Shown: positions 49,344-60,381 of the stretch, piece after piece
How positions within the stretch are numbered: the stretch's first letter is position 1
How the letters are laid out: each line of letters begins with the position of its first letter
From: a virus
Lineage: Duplodnaviria > Caudoviricetes
IMG/VR virus record: IMGVR_UViG_3300037297_000386
Strand: one strand, 5' to 3'
DNA: 64,000 nt
Made by a program: the position numbers and the translations under genes
The notes under the pieces: model-generated
Database searches by the model: none
Told to the model about the DNA's origin: nothing
Seen by the model: the letters and a program-made list of their open reading frames with translations, nothing else

Positions 49344-49622
49344 CTAACCTGGACCATCTTCAAGATTTTTAGATTGTGCGTTTTTTTTAAAAATATCACC
49401 AACTTTACTTACTGCTTTCTTAGACAAATTATATGTCGTTAAAGCAATCAATATACTGAGGTGACCAGATGCAATATCTTCTGTACCCATACTATCAATC
49501 CACACATACAATGCAGGAATAAATGCCATCCAAAAACTAGTTCTACCTATTGATATGACCCACTCTCTATTATCGTTCTTTTCCATAAAAAGTGCACCAA
49601 TATATTTTATACATTTATTCAT
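49344..49622 (-). CDS. Small two-helix membrane protein (holin-like, tentative)
   Basis: SIGRTSFWMAFIPALYVW and LSILIALTTYNL, charged tail; near the tail fibre. Confidence 0.4.
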   Translation of the reverse strand: MNKCIKYIGALFMEKNDNREWVISIGRTSFWMAFIPALYVWIDSMGTEDIASGHLSILIALTTYNLSKKAVSKVGDIFKKNAQSKNLEDGPG

Positions 49623-49727
49623 TTTAATTTCTCCATTATAAAAATTTTTTTAATATTAATAACATATTCTATATATATTTTGTCATTTGGAAAAATAATA
49701 GCATATGTGCATCCAATTTTATTCATA

Positions 49728-50000
49728 TTACTTTAATGCCAATAGTGAATCTATATATCCTTGACTTTTTCCTTGTAAATGAACTAATTGCTGTACCAAT
49801 GGTTCTCCTTTATCCTGTCGTTCTTTAATTTCTTTATTTAAACCTTCAAGTTGTTTTGAAAGATTACTAATTTTGATATGCACTTCTTGAATTTTGCGCA
49901 ATAAAACTTTTTCAATATCACCAAGAGATGGATCATCTGGATTAGCATTAAATTTTTCTAAAATATTTTCTAAATACATTTGTTGTGCTTCTTTATTCAT
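49728..50000 (-). CDS. Coiled-coil hypothetical protein
   Basis: 90-aa ORF with heptads, directly after the tail fibre. Confidence 0.5.
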   Translation of the reverse strand: MNKEAQQMYLENILEKFNANPDDPSLGDIEKVLLRKIQEVHIKISNLSKQLEGLNKEIKERQDKGEPLVQQLVHLQGKSQGYIDSLLALK

Positions 50001-50025
50001 TATTTTTCTCCATTAAATATTTTTT

Positions 50026-53000
50026 TTATGTAATATTGAGAATTTCTTCAATATTATTTAATCTACTTTTAGTATTTTCAATTTCTCGTTTTATCTCTTT
50101 AAGTGCCTCAACAATATAGGCTTCAAAACCAATCATGTTAAGCCACTTTGTCCCGTATTGGTCTGTTTTAACCCATTCTGGAAAACATGCCTCTACTTCT
50201 TGTGCTATAAAGCCCTGTAAATAACCATCATATTCGGGGGATAATCCATGGTTTTCTGGAGTTATCCATTTATATAATACACCACGTAATTGTGTTACCC
50301 TATCTAAAGGAGAATATCCGTCTGTGTCACTATTATTTACAATAATAGGTAATATTTCCTTTTTAAATCTTTTATCTGAAATACTTTGCCAACTTGTACC
50401 ACCAGAAGTCTTTCCAGCATCACCATTAACTTCCAATGGATATGTACTCGGACTACGTTTGACCCCAAGTCCTGTAGAGTCTATGCGCACCACTTCAGAA
50501 TTTCCAATTCTCCAAATATGTTCAGTTGCCCCAGAGGAGTTTCTATTTAATAAATAGTCATTTGCTATAAATGCGTGTGTTGATTTATTATAAAATTGTA
50601 TCCTAAAATGATCGGCGTCTGAAGATAAAATAGTATTACCTATCGAAGATGTATAATCTTCAATAATAACACGTGATTCGGCGCCACCATTTCCAATAAT
50701 ATGCAATTTTGATTGAGCATTAGATGTCCCAATACCAAGTCTATTATTCTCTCTATCCCAGAATAGATCATTATCACCTGCGATGGAATTAGAACCAGTA
50801 AAAAATGCTAAATATCCATCTGCTCCTTGCTCTGCAGATATACTACTTCCAATACTATATCCATCAAGTGATGACAATATTGTTTGAATTGCATCGGAAT
50901 GCTGCTTATAATGCTCAGATACAGTAATATCAGAAGCTCCAGCTACATTTCCATATCCATCAAGTGATGACAATATTGTTTGAATTGCATCGGAATGTTG
51001 CTTATAATGCTCAGACACAGTAATATCAGAAGCATCTCCACTGCCAGAGTCGTAACCATCTAAAGCAGACAAAATATAATATATAGATTCATTCCAAAAT
51101 AATTTATTTTGTTCAAATGTTTCTTCTGAAACACCTGAACCAGCACCACTATATCCGTCTAATTCTTTTAATATAGTTTGAATAGCATTAGAATGTTGTT
51201 GATAATGTTCAAATAAAACAGAGTCCAACCCAGATATAGTTGTAGAATATCCGTCTAAAGCATTTCTAATATTTTGTCTTTGCTGTGAACCATCTATCCA
51301 ATGCTGATTCTCTATCGTTGTTATTACATATCCATCTAAATCTTTTAATATAGTTTGAATAGCATCCGAATGTTGTTGATAGTGTTCAGATATTGTTATA
51401 TCTGAGGCACCTGTAGTCAAATCATAATCAATACCACTGTCATTCGTATAATAAACCTTGCCATCGGAATTAGCCCATATTGAACCATATCCATCGTGAG
51501 TTCTGTCATAATTATCCTGTTCTTCCAATGAAATTATTCCATTTACAGTTAATTTTTCATGAGCAGAAATATTACCAATACCTATATTCCCAGTGTCAGT
51601 TATAAATATACGTACTTGATGAGATGTTCCATCATCTGTTAATAATGCTAGATGCCCGGATCCGCTATCACCTTTATTAGTCCAATACCCCGTAATAGTT
51701 GCAAACGCATTACTAGTTGTCTCATAAAAACCGATAGATGAGGTTTGTGGAGATTTTAAATGAATTCTTGCTTCGGAACCACCAGTACTAAAAATTGTAA
51801 GTTCGGAGTCTGGGGAATCGGTCCCAATCCCAAACGCAGTTCCATCCCAAACTAAATTACTATCACCCTCTATTGTCCCATCTCCAGTCCAAATGCCCAA
51901 TTGATTATTTACTGGAGTACCAACTTTAATTACATCACCACCACCAGATCCATAACCATCTAAACTGGTTAAAATATGATATATAGATTCATTCCAAAAT
52001 GATTTATTTTGTTCAAATGTTTCTTCTGAAACACCTAAACCAGCACCACTATATCCATCTAACTCTTTTAATATTGTTTGCAATGCTCCAGAGTGTTGTT
52101 GATAATGTTCAGAAATAGTAGAATCATATCCATCCAACTCTTTCAATATTATTTGTATAGCATCAGAATGTTGATTATAATGTTCTTGTATAGTCTGATT
52201 TAAAGATTGCCCACCATATGAATAGCCATCTAAAGATTTGATTATATCTTGAATTGTGCTTGAATATTGAATATAATGTTCTTCAACTGTCTGATTAGAT
52301 GCATATCCATCTAAATCTTTTTGCATATGATATATAGCATTATTCCAAAAATTTTTATTTTCTTGAAATGTTTGTTCATTCAATCCACCATTAGATACAC
52401 CGTAACCATCCAATGATTGTAATATTACTTGTATAGTTTCAGATAAATCTGAATTTATTATAGATCCACCAATAAGTATATTTCCAGCAATAGTTAATAT
52501 TTCAGATGGATTATTTGTTCCTATGCCAATCTTGTTTGTAGAATCATCATAATAAATATTGGTTGTACCACCAAAAGATCCACCATTATTATATTGAACT
52601 TGTCCATCTGATCCGCTAGGACTGGTACTACTAGCTGTTAATGATATCCAAGAACCAGACTTGCGTCCTTCAAAGTCGGATCCAGTCCACCTAATTGTTC
52701 CATCTCCAGTGCCCGCTGCATCACCAATTTTTATTGCACCAGAGGTATCAATAGATTCATTAGGACTGGAATTTCCTATACCTAATCGATTACTACTTTC
52801 ATCCCAATATAAATTCGATTCACCACTTAATACTGAGCTACCAGTCCAAAATGCAATATATCCAGAAACACCGGATCCAGTTACACCACCCCCGGATATT
52901 TTGGCCCACGATGTACCAGAATAACCATATATATAATCTTCATCTTTAACCCATGATGAAGATCCTTCTAATGGACTATAAAAATTCCAGTTGATTCCAT

Positions 53001-53847
53001 CGTACTCTGCTATTTCGTTATCATGTCCAGCCCAATCCCCACTACCAGGAGATGCAACAATATAACGATCTCCACTATTTGGAAAGACTGGTGGAAAACT
53101 TTGATCCTTATCAATTACTGGGTCCCGCCAAACTTGCCCAGGTATCTGAGAATCTACATAATATTTAGTAATTAATTGATTTTCATTAGTAAAAGTAAAA
53201 TTTTCACTATAACTTACTATCCCAGTATAATTACGAGTACCATTTACTAAACTGTATTGAGTATGATCATCTCCAGATGATGTACCGGATAACATGCCGT
53301 GACTTATTTCATCATTACCACCTATTTGATGCTGTCGAGCATGAATAAATGGATCAATTCCATCTGGACGATGTGTCAAGGCATGCGATTTATTATGATG
53401 CTGATTTTCTGTTACTTCAAGTAAATCTGGATGTTTTATTCGTTTTTTGATTTCTAATGGATATAACTGAACCTGCCCGTTTGGATATTCCTCTATTTTT
53501 ATTACTGTTCCTAGTTGTTGTGTAAACCAATCTTCATTTAAAGTTGATGGTTCGTCATTATAAATAACATCTCCATTTTGCCCAACATATACATTTTCAT
53601 TTATATTTGTTGTAGAAGTATCAAACGAATTAATAGGCCCAGTAATTTTTATAACACTAACATCGCCGTGTGATATATCTTCACGAACAATACCGACAGC
53701 TGGCATTTTTGATTCATCATCACAACTAGCGAGCGCAATAAGAGGTACTTGATCATTATTATCAAACCCCGAGATATATACTACTTTCCCAGCTGATAAT
53801 GTTGAACCAGTAAGATTCTTGGCTCTTAGTATGTTGCTTTGTGCCAT
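50026..53847 (-). CDS. Tail fibre / receptor-binding protein with C-terminal intramolecular chaperone (peptidase S74)
   Basis: DUF2793-like GDRYIVA...GDWAGHDNEIAEY; repeated IGIGT.NP fibre motifs; cleavage site SDKRFKKEI, GFIAQEVE, terminal coiled coil. Confidence 0.88.
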   Translation of the reverse strand: MAQSNILRAKNLTGSTLSAGKVVYISGFDNNDQVPLIALASCDDESKMPAVGIVREDISHGDVSVIKITGPINSFDTSTTNINENVYVGQNGDVIYNDEPSTLNEDWFTQQLGTVIKIEEYPNGQVQLYPLEIKKRIKHPDLLEVTENQHHNKSHALTHRPDGIDPFIHARQHQIGGNDEISHGMLSGTSSGDDHTQYSLVNGTRNYTGIVSYSENFTFTNENQLITKYYVDSQIPGQVWRDPVIDKDQSFPPVFPNSGDRYIVASPGSGDWAGHDNEIAEYDGINWNFYSPLEGSSSWVKDEDYIYGYSGTSWAKISGGGVTGSGVSGYIAFWTGSSVLSGESNLYWDESSNRLGIGNSSPNESIDTSGAIKIGDAAGTGDGTIRWTGSDFEGRKSGSWISLTASSTSPSGSDGQVQYNNGGSFGGTTNIYYDDSTNKIGIGTNNPSEILTIAGNILIGGSIINSDLSETIQVILQSLDGYGVSNGGLNEQTFQENKNFWNNAIYHMQKDLDGYASNQTVEEHYIQYSSTIQDIIKSLDGYSYGGQSLNQTIQEHYNQHSDAIQIILKELDGYDSTISEHYQQHSGALQTILKELDGYSGAGLGVSEETFEQNKSFWNESIYHILTSLDGYGSGGGDVIKVGTPVNNQLGIWTGDGTIEGDSNLVWDGTAFGIGTDSPDSELTIFSTGGSEARIHLKSPQTSSIGFYETTSNAFATITGYWTNKGDSGSGHLALLTDDGTSHQVRIFITDTGNIGIGNISAHEKLTVNGIISLEEQDNYDRTHDGYGSIWANSDGKVYYTNDSGIDYDLTTGASDITISEHYQQHSDAIQTILKDLDGYVITTIENQHWIDGSQQRQNIRNALDGYSTTISGLDSVLFEHYQQHSNAIQTILKELDGYSGAGSGVSEETFEQNKLFWNESIYYILSALDGYDSGSGDASDITVSEHYKQHSDAIQTILSSLDGYGNVAGASDITVSEHYKQHSDAIQTILSSLDGYSIGSSISAEQGADGYLAFFTGSNSIAGDNDLFWDRENNRLGIGTSNAQSKLHIIGNGGAESRVIIEDYTSSIGNTILSSDADHFRIQFYNKSTHAFIANDYLLNRNSSGATEHIWRIGNSEVVRIDSTGLGVKRSPSTYPLEVNGDAGKTSGGTSWQSISDKRFKKEILPIIVNNSDTDGYSPLDRVTQLRGVLYKWITPENHGLSPEYDGYLQGFIAQEVEACFPEWVKTDQYGTKWLNMIGFEAYIVEALKEIKREIENTKSRLNNIEEILNIT
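50850..52445 (-). repeat. Twelve LDGY-ending peptide repeats in two clusters of six inside the tail fibre
   Basis: Mainly units EHYxQHSxAIQxILxxLDGY and ETFEQNKxFWNESIYxILxxLDGY; near-identical DNA copies at ~50853-50935 and ~50946-51028, and at ~51080-51210 and ~51977-52110. Confidence 0.9.
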
Positions 53848-53878
53848 TTAATATTATAAATTATATCTTACATTTACC

Positions 53879-54112
53879 TCACATAAATTTGGATCTAGGT
53901 TTAATGACTAAATCATTTGTTGTTTTATTAACATATATCTCATATGAATCAAATGTATTATCATCTAAATCTAAATAATCTTCAACACTATCAATAAGAT
54001 CTTCACAGGTCATATTATTTTTAATATTAACCATATCTTTTATATTAATATCATACACGCATCCTTTATATCTGGTATGTATAATTGATATATTTGATGT
54101 ATCAATGTTCAT
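53879..54112 (-). CDS. Hypothetical protein
   Basis: 77-aa ORF. Confidence 0.4.
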   Translation of the reverse strand: MNIDTSNISIIHTRYKGCVYDINIKDMVNIKNNMTCEDLIDSVEDYLDLDDNTFDSYEIYVNKTTNDLVIKPRSKFM

Positions 54113-54362
54113 TTCTTTTGCCTTTAATCTTTTTGCGACGCACTTTTCTTTTTTTAACAGTTTCTTCTTTCCAAGTTTGTTTATTATTCTCCCATTTTTT
54201 ATCTATACGCAATTTACACTCTTTACATTCAGGCATATCACGATTAGAGGGATCTAATGGGCAATCTTTATATTCAAGACCACGCCACCACATTATTCCA
54301 TAACCCAATGAACAATTAAAAAATTTCTTAATAGACTTATTATGGTGATTCTTTTTAGACAT
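54102..54362 (-). CDS. Small Cys-rich basic protein
   Basis: CSLG...CPLDP...CKEC; Lys/Arg-rich tail. Confidence 0.45.
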   Translation of the reverse strand: MSKKNHHNKSIKKFFNCSLGYGIMWWRGLEYKDCPLDPSNRDMPECKECKLRIDKKWENNKQTWKEETVKKRKVRRKKIKGKRNEH

Positions 54363-55556
54363 TTACATTCCTGTTCCTACTACTGTATATTTATTACTAG
54401 TAAATATTTTCTGTGCAACTTGGTATACATCTTCTACAGTTACTGCATCTATTTCTGATAAAAATTTAGATCCGATTGTATAATCAAAAAATTCTTTATA
54501 TATTGACTGCATAGTTGCCGAATTTGAAGAATCTAATGATTTATAATAAGAACTACGTATTATATTTTTTGCTCTCTTTAGTTCATCATTAGTTGGGCAA
54601 GAGGATTTCATTTTTTCTATTTCTTCATCAATAGTATCTGTAACTTTATCTCTATTTTTAGGTTCAGTAGAAGTATAAATTTGATATACGCTACCGTCCA
54701 TGTGATGGTCATTATATGATCCTATGCCACATACTAAACCAAGATCTTCACGAACTCTAGTAAACAATCTAGACGTATCGCTGGACCCGAAAATAGTCGA
54801 AAATACTTTTATTTTAGCACGATCTTTAAGTGAGGATATCCTTAATGATTCTCCAGCAAAACCAATAGATATTGAATCTTGAATTTGTCCATCTTTATGT
54901 ATTATATCGTATGATGGTTGCTTGTATGTAATATTATTTGTTTGTGCGGGATATAATAATATATCATCCGGAATATTAAAATATTTTTCTACAAGATCCA
55001 TGCGATCTGACGGAGATCCTAATGTTATTAACATATGCTCATTGGTATAAAATTCTTTATTAAATTTTGTTATATGATCACGTGTTATAGAATTAACACT
55101 TTTTTCTGTGCCGACAATTGGAGATACCAAAGAGTTATCTTTAAAAATATTATCAACCATCTTATAGTAAACCAACCAATCTAAATCATCTTCATACATT
55201 TTAATTTCTTGACAAACAACATCTTGTTCTTTTATTAACTCATCCTCTGGAAAAATTGGGTTTAGTATAATATCAGAAAGACACTTAAAAGCAGTTTCAA
55301 TATTCTCTTCAGGAATACTCATATGATATAATACAAGATCAGCACTTGTCCATGCATTCCATGAACCACCATAGTCTGCTGTTTGTTTTAACAGATCCTT
55401 CGCTGTATATTTTTTAGTACCCTTGAATCTCACATGTTCCATATAATGTGCTATACCTTTTGGATATGTACTATTATATTCAACTCTAGATCCGGCACCA
55501 AAAGCTATCATTAAAGTTGATAATTTACTCGGATGCTTTACAAATTTATATTTCAT
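54363..55556 (-). CDS. M16-family zinc peptidase
   Basis: Inverted zinc motif HYMEH in GIAHYMEHVRFKG, NAWTS, EQDVVCQEI, SRLFTRVREDLGL. Confidence 0.93.
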   Translation of the reverse strand: MKYKFVKHPSKLSTLMIAFGAGSRVEYNSTYPKGIAHYMEHVRFKGTKKYTAKDLLKQTADYGGSWNAWTSADLVLYHMSIPEENIETAFKCLSDIILNPIFPEDELIKEQDVVCQEIKMYEDDLDWLVYYKMVDNIFKDNSLVSPIVGTEKSVNSITRDHITKFNKEFYTNEHMLITLGSPSDRMDLVEKYFNIPDDILLYPAQTNNITYKQPSYDIIHKDGQIQDSISIGFAGESLRISSLKDRAKIKVFSTIFGSSDTSRLFTRVREDLGLVCGIGSYNDHHMDGSVYQIYTSTEPKNRDKVTDTIDEEIEKMKSSCPTNDELKRAKNIIRSSYYKSLDSSNSATMQSIYKEFFDYTIGSKFLSEIDAVTVEDVYQVAQKIFTSNKYTVVGTGM

Positions 55557-55603
55557 TCTTACTCCATAAATTTAATCTGCATATATAGTTCCCTAAAATA
55601 CGG

Positions 55604-55942
55604 TCATTTGTGACCAATAAGTTCTTGGGTAGAGGAGACTATAGGCTTCCCCCTTGAAACATTCCAATAGAAACCTTTTCTATTTTTATGCTTCAATCGT
55701 GTTGCCTTCATAATCGAAGGCAAAGGCGTAGCAATATTACAGGCAGCGTTATAATCCGAATCGCATTCATACTTGCATGCTTCGCATTGAAAGTGCTTGC
55801 CTTTTCTATTACTACTACGAACCCAGCCACAGTTACTACACCTTTGTGAAGTGTAAGTAGGACTTGTGTATTCTACGGAACATCCTTGGGATTTACATAA
55901 ATCTTCTAACTTACGGTAGATTTCGGTGTAGGTAGAGTGGCA
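55604..55942 (-). pseudogene. tnpB: 3-prime fragment of an IS200/IS605 TnpB (RuvC-II flank, zinc finger, RuvC-III); no start codon
   Basis: Hand translation ...YTEIYRKLEDLCKSQGCSVEYTSPTYTSQRCSNCGWVRSSNRKGKHFQCEACKYECDSDYNAACNIA...KHKNRKGFYW...ELIGHK; in-frame TAA immediately upstream; GGTCA-CAAA-TGACC hairpin at 55602-55615. Confidence 0.9.
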
Positions 55943-56083
55943 TTATCCATTTGTTTAAAATAATCCATAAAAAACTCCAAAGCTATCAAATATACTAATA
56001 AATATTATAAGAAAAGCCGTATTTAAAATATAATATATTAATAAAAAAAATTAATATTTATTAGATATATTCAATAACCAAAT

Positions 56084-58035
<1,952 letters not shown>

Positions 58036-58040
58036 TAAAA

Positions 58041-58069
58041 GCGCATTATTAATAATAACTATAATGCGC
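58041..58069 (-). terminator. Probable terminator
   Basis: GCGCATTA/TAATGCGC stem followed by TTTTATT on the minus strand. Confidence 0.55.
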
Positions 58070-58090
58070 TTTGATTATATTTTTCATACT

Positions 58091-58189
58091 TTATCGATTT
58101 CTTTTTTTATATCTAGGCGATCTTACTTTTCTTTTCTTTCTGCCCCTTTTTCTTCTTCCAGTATGTTTGGCTTTTTTTCCGACTTTCAT
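58091..58189 (-). CDS. 32-aa Lys/Arg-rich peptide (below ORF-track cutoff)
   Basis: MKVGKKAKHTGRRKRGRKKRKVRSPRYKKRNR; SD AGGAGGT 7 nt upstream; terminator-like hairpin downstream. Confidence 0.75.
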   Translation of the reverse strand: MKVGKKAKHTGRRKRGRKKRKVRSPRYKKRNR

Positions 58190-58229
58190 GATAACCACCT
58201 CCTAAATATGGATTTGGTCTTAAAAGTCT

Positions 58230-58487
58230 TTATTCTTTAAATAATGATATAGTTTTTCTCCTAGTCTCTTCGACAACATGATCCCACTTAATATTATGTG
58301 CTTCTAAAATGGCCATCAAAGTAAACAAAACATCGGCCCCTTCTTTGAGTGGATCGCCTTTACCTCTAACTGCTTCAATTAATTCAGCTACTTCGAGAAA
58401 TAAATAAGCACTACGATGGTCCCAATCAAGACTCCATCCTTTGTGTTTACAAGCTTTTACTATTATTTCGGGAAGATCATTATTCAT
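58230..58487 (-). CDS. MazG-like nucleotide pyrophosphohydrolase
   Basis: LFLEVAELIEAV...LKEGADVL acidic EXXE...EXXD pattern. Confidence 0.7.
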   Translation of the reverse strand: MNNDLPEIIVKACKHKGWSLDWDHRSAYLFLEVAELIEAVRGKGDPLKEGADVLFTLMAILEAHNIKWDHVVEETRRKTISLFKE

Positions 58488-58851
58488 TATATTCTTTTCT
58501 CCAACGTTTCATGCGTTTTTCTTTAAGCTTTTCTATCACTTCGAATGCACGCTGTTTATTTGCTTTATTTATATCGTGCCGGATTCCTTTTTCATTATTA
58601 CATCTTGAACAAGCTAATGCTAAATTTTCTAGGTCATTCGTACCGCCTTTTGACTTTGGAATAATATGTTCTATTGTGACATTATCATCTGGAATGCCTT
58701 GTAAATTTATGCATAATTTTTTATTACAAAAAATACACTTCCCTATCCATATCTCTTTATTATAAGATATTAATTTTTTCTTAAATGTATGATCTGTAGC
58801 TATTATAGCCAAGATGTCATTTCTGGTCTTCGTGCTTTTTTGCATGTTCAA
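58480..58851 (-). CDS. HNH endonuclease
   Basis: CIFC, TIEHIIPKSKGGTNDLENLALACSRCNNEKG. Confidence 0.92.
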   Translation of the reverse strand: MNMQKSTKTRNDILAIIATDHTFKKKLISYNKEIWIGKCIFCNKKLCINLQGIPDDNVTIEHIIPKSKGGTNDLENLALACSRCNNEKGIRHDINKANKQRAFEVIEKLKEKRMKRWRKEYNE

Positions 58852-59008
58852 TATATTCTTTCACCTTTCCTATGAGTTTACTTATATATTGATAATATTT
58901 GTAAGAAGATATCGCACCAATTGGCTTTCCGTTATCGTCAAATATAATTGAAAATCCAGACGGTAGCGTATGAAAATCTAAGTCGGACAAATTCTTTTTA
59001 TTAAGCAT
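58817..59008 (-). CDS. Hypothetical protein
   Basis: 63-aa ORF downstream of a consensus promoter. Confidence 0.4.
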   Translation of the reverse strand: MLNKKNLSDLDFHTLPSGFSIIFDDNGKPIGAISSYKYYQYISKLIGKVKEYIEHAKKHEDQK

Positions 59009-59104
59009 TTTAATTATTCTTATTTATATATAATATGTAGAATTTTTTATTATTTTATAAAAAAATCAAATACTGATGAATATCTTGAGATACTACATCT
59101 TACT

Positions 59105-59134
59105 ATTATATACATTTCCGTCAATTTTTGTCAA
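59105..59134 (-). promoter_or_regulatory. Consensus sigma-70 (early-type) promoter
   Basis: TTGACA (59134-59129), 18-nt spacer, TATAAT (59110-59105); a second TTGACG lies in the spacer. Confidence 0.75.
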
Positions 59135-59211
59135 GTCTTCCAATCACCTTATCTTTAAGGATTCGTGTACATGAAAGATTTATATTATTGTGTGGCCATG
59201 AATATTTTCTT

Positions 59212-59370
59212 TTATAATTTAATATTAGTTTTCAGAGCAAACAATAAATGAAATAATTTAGTATCAATTGCTAATCTAATATCTCTTTTGCCAAATTCAT
59301 TGCTTCGCGAGAGAACTGAAAACAAATGAATATGAAAAAATTTGTTGTTGATTTCAAAATGTGGTTTCAT
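59212..59370 (-). CDS. Hypothetical protein, 52 aa
   Basis: MKPHFEINNKFFHIH...; a decayed paralogue at 62113-62225 supports this start. Confidence 0.5.
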   Translation of the reverse strand: MKPHFEINNKFFHIHLFSVLSRSNEFGKRDIRLAIDTKLFHLLFALKTNIKL

Positions 59371-59536
59371 GTTTGTCTTTCTCTTTTGTGACCCAATATC
59401 CATTTCGGGCAACCCATTTACAATTTCGGCCACTATTCATTACGGCTATTTCATTGTCTTCTATGGTAATTCGGAAACCAAAGATTAATATTGTTTCATA
59501 GATCTCATGGACTAATTTTGAAGTTAGTGGAAGCAT
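59354..59536 (-). CDS. Hypothetical protein
   Basis: 60-aa ORF overlapping its downstream neighbour. Confidence 0.35.
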   Translation of the reverse strand: MLPLTSKLVHEIYETILIFGFRITIEDNEIAVMNSGRNCKWVARNGYWVTKEKDKHETTF

Positions 59537-59588
59537 TGTTATTGTTGCCTTTTTTAATGTAATGCTTTAAAATACTCGAAAAGATTTA

Positions 59589-59729
59589 TTATTTTATGGG
59601 AGCGGGCAAATTACTACTAATCTGAATCATCGTTTTATTTTGAACATACAATTCCGTATGACTCCCATTTTTGTATGCTTTTCTGATCTCTTTTAAATCA
59701 TCTAATAATCTATTTAGTATATCTTCCAT
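59589..59729 (-). CDS. Hypothetical protein, 46 aa (below ORF-track cutoff)
   Basis: SD AGGA; MEDILNRLLDDLKEIRKAYKNGSHTELYVQNKTMIQISSNLPAPIK. Confidence 0.45.
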   Translation of the reverse strand: MEDILNRLLDDLKEIRKAYKNGSHTELYVQNKTMIQISSNLPAPIK

Positions 59730-59741
59730 TAGTTGTCCTAT

Positions 59742-59995
59742 TTACCTATAATGATAGGTAGGAAGACAATGCTTGCATCCATCCCAATGTGTGTTGTTTT
59801 TCCAGACAGTTAGTAAAATGTCAAATAAATTGTCTGGATGAAATATTACTGCATGACCATTATCTAATATGGTCTGTATCTGGCATTCGTCTTTTTCATT
59901 TCGTAAGTCGTGAATCTCACCAGTATTAATGTTGCCCAAGAATCGTTTGGATCAAGAAGTAGGCCATATTTTTTGTATTTGATTGCGTCGGGCAT
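59742..59995 (-). pseudogene. Small His/Cys protein with an apparent single-base frameshift
   Basis: SD AAGGA then MPDAIKYKKYGLLLDP; adding one A at 59946-59948 continues as KRFLGNINTGEIHDLRNEKDECQI...DGCKHCL. Confidence 0.5.
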
Positions 59996-60065
59996 TTAGT
60001 TTTCCTTTTTATTGCTCTCTCTACTTGATAGTTAAAATATTAGTGGATTTTTTTAAAAATTATAT

Positions 60066-60212
60066 TTATTTCTTTTTAGTGGACTTAGATGTCTTGGCAG
60101 GCTTTATCGTCTCTTTAACGGTAGTACTTTTATGTTTATCTGAATATTTTTTTGTAACAAATTTACCAGTCTTGGCACTTCTATATATTATTCCTGTTTT
60201 TGTTTTTGGCAT
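60066..60212 (-). CDS. 48-aa basic protein with an RSAKTGKFVT motif
   Basis: MPKTKTGIIYRSAKTGKFVTKKYSDKHKSTTVKETIK...; SD GGAG upstream of this internal ATG. Confidence 0.6.
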   Translation of the reverse strand: MPKTKTGIIYRSAKTGKFVTKKYSDKHKSTTVKETIKPAKTSKSTKKK

Positions 60213-60381
60213 ATTAATTTCTCCTAAATAATAATTTGTTGTCGCCACTATAGGGCTGTTTTTAAGTAATGATCGACTAAGTTTTTTAAATTGAGAAAAT
60301 TTCTCGACACCCTCGAAAAGTTTAATTGCTTCTGGTTCTTGTGCGAATGAATGTTTGATCATATGAGACTTCCTGTCAATA

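Noticed and set aside
50850-52445. CRISPR array or DGR in the tail-fibre repeats
   Set aside because: Repeats are in-frame peptide units with no unique equal-length spacers. The few differences between near-identical copies are not one-directional A changes.
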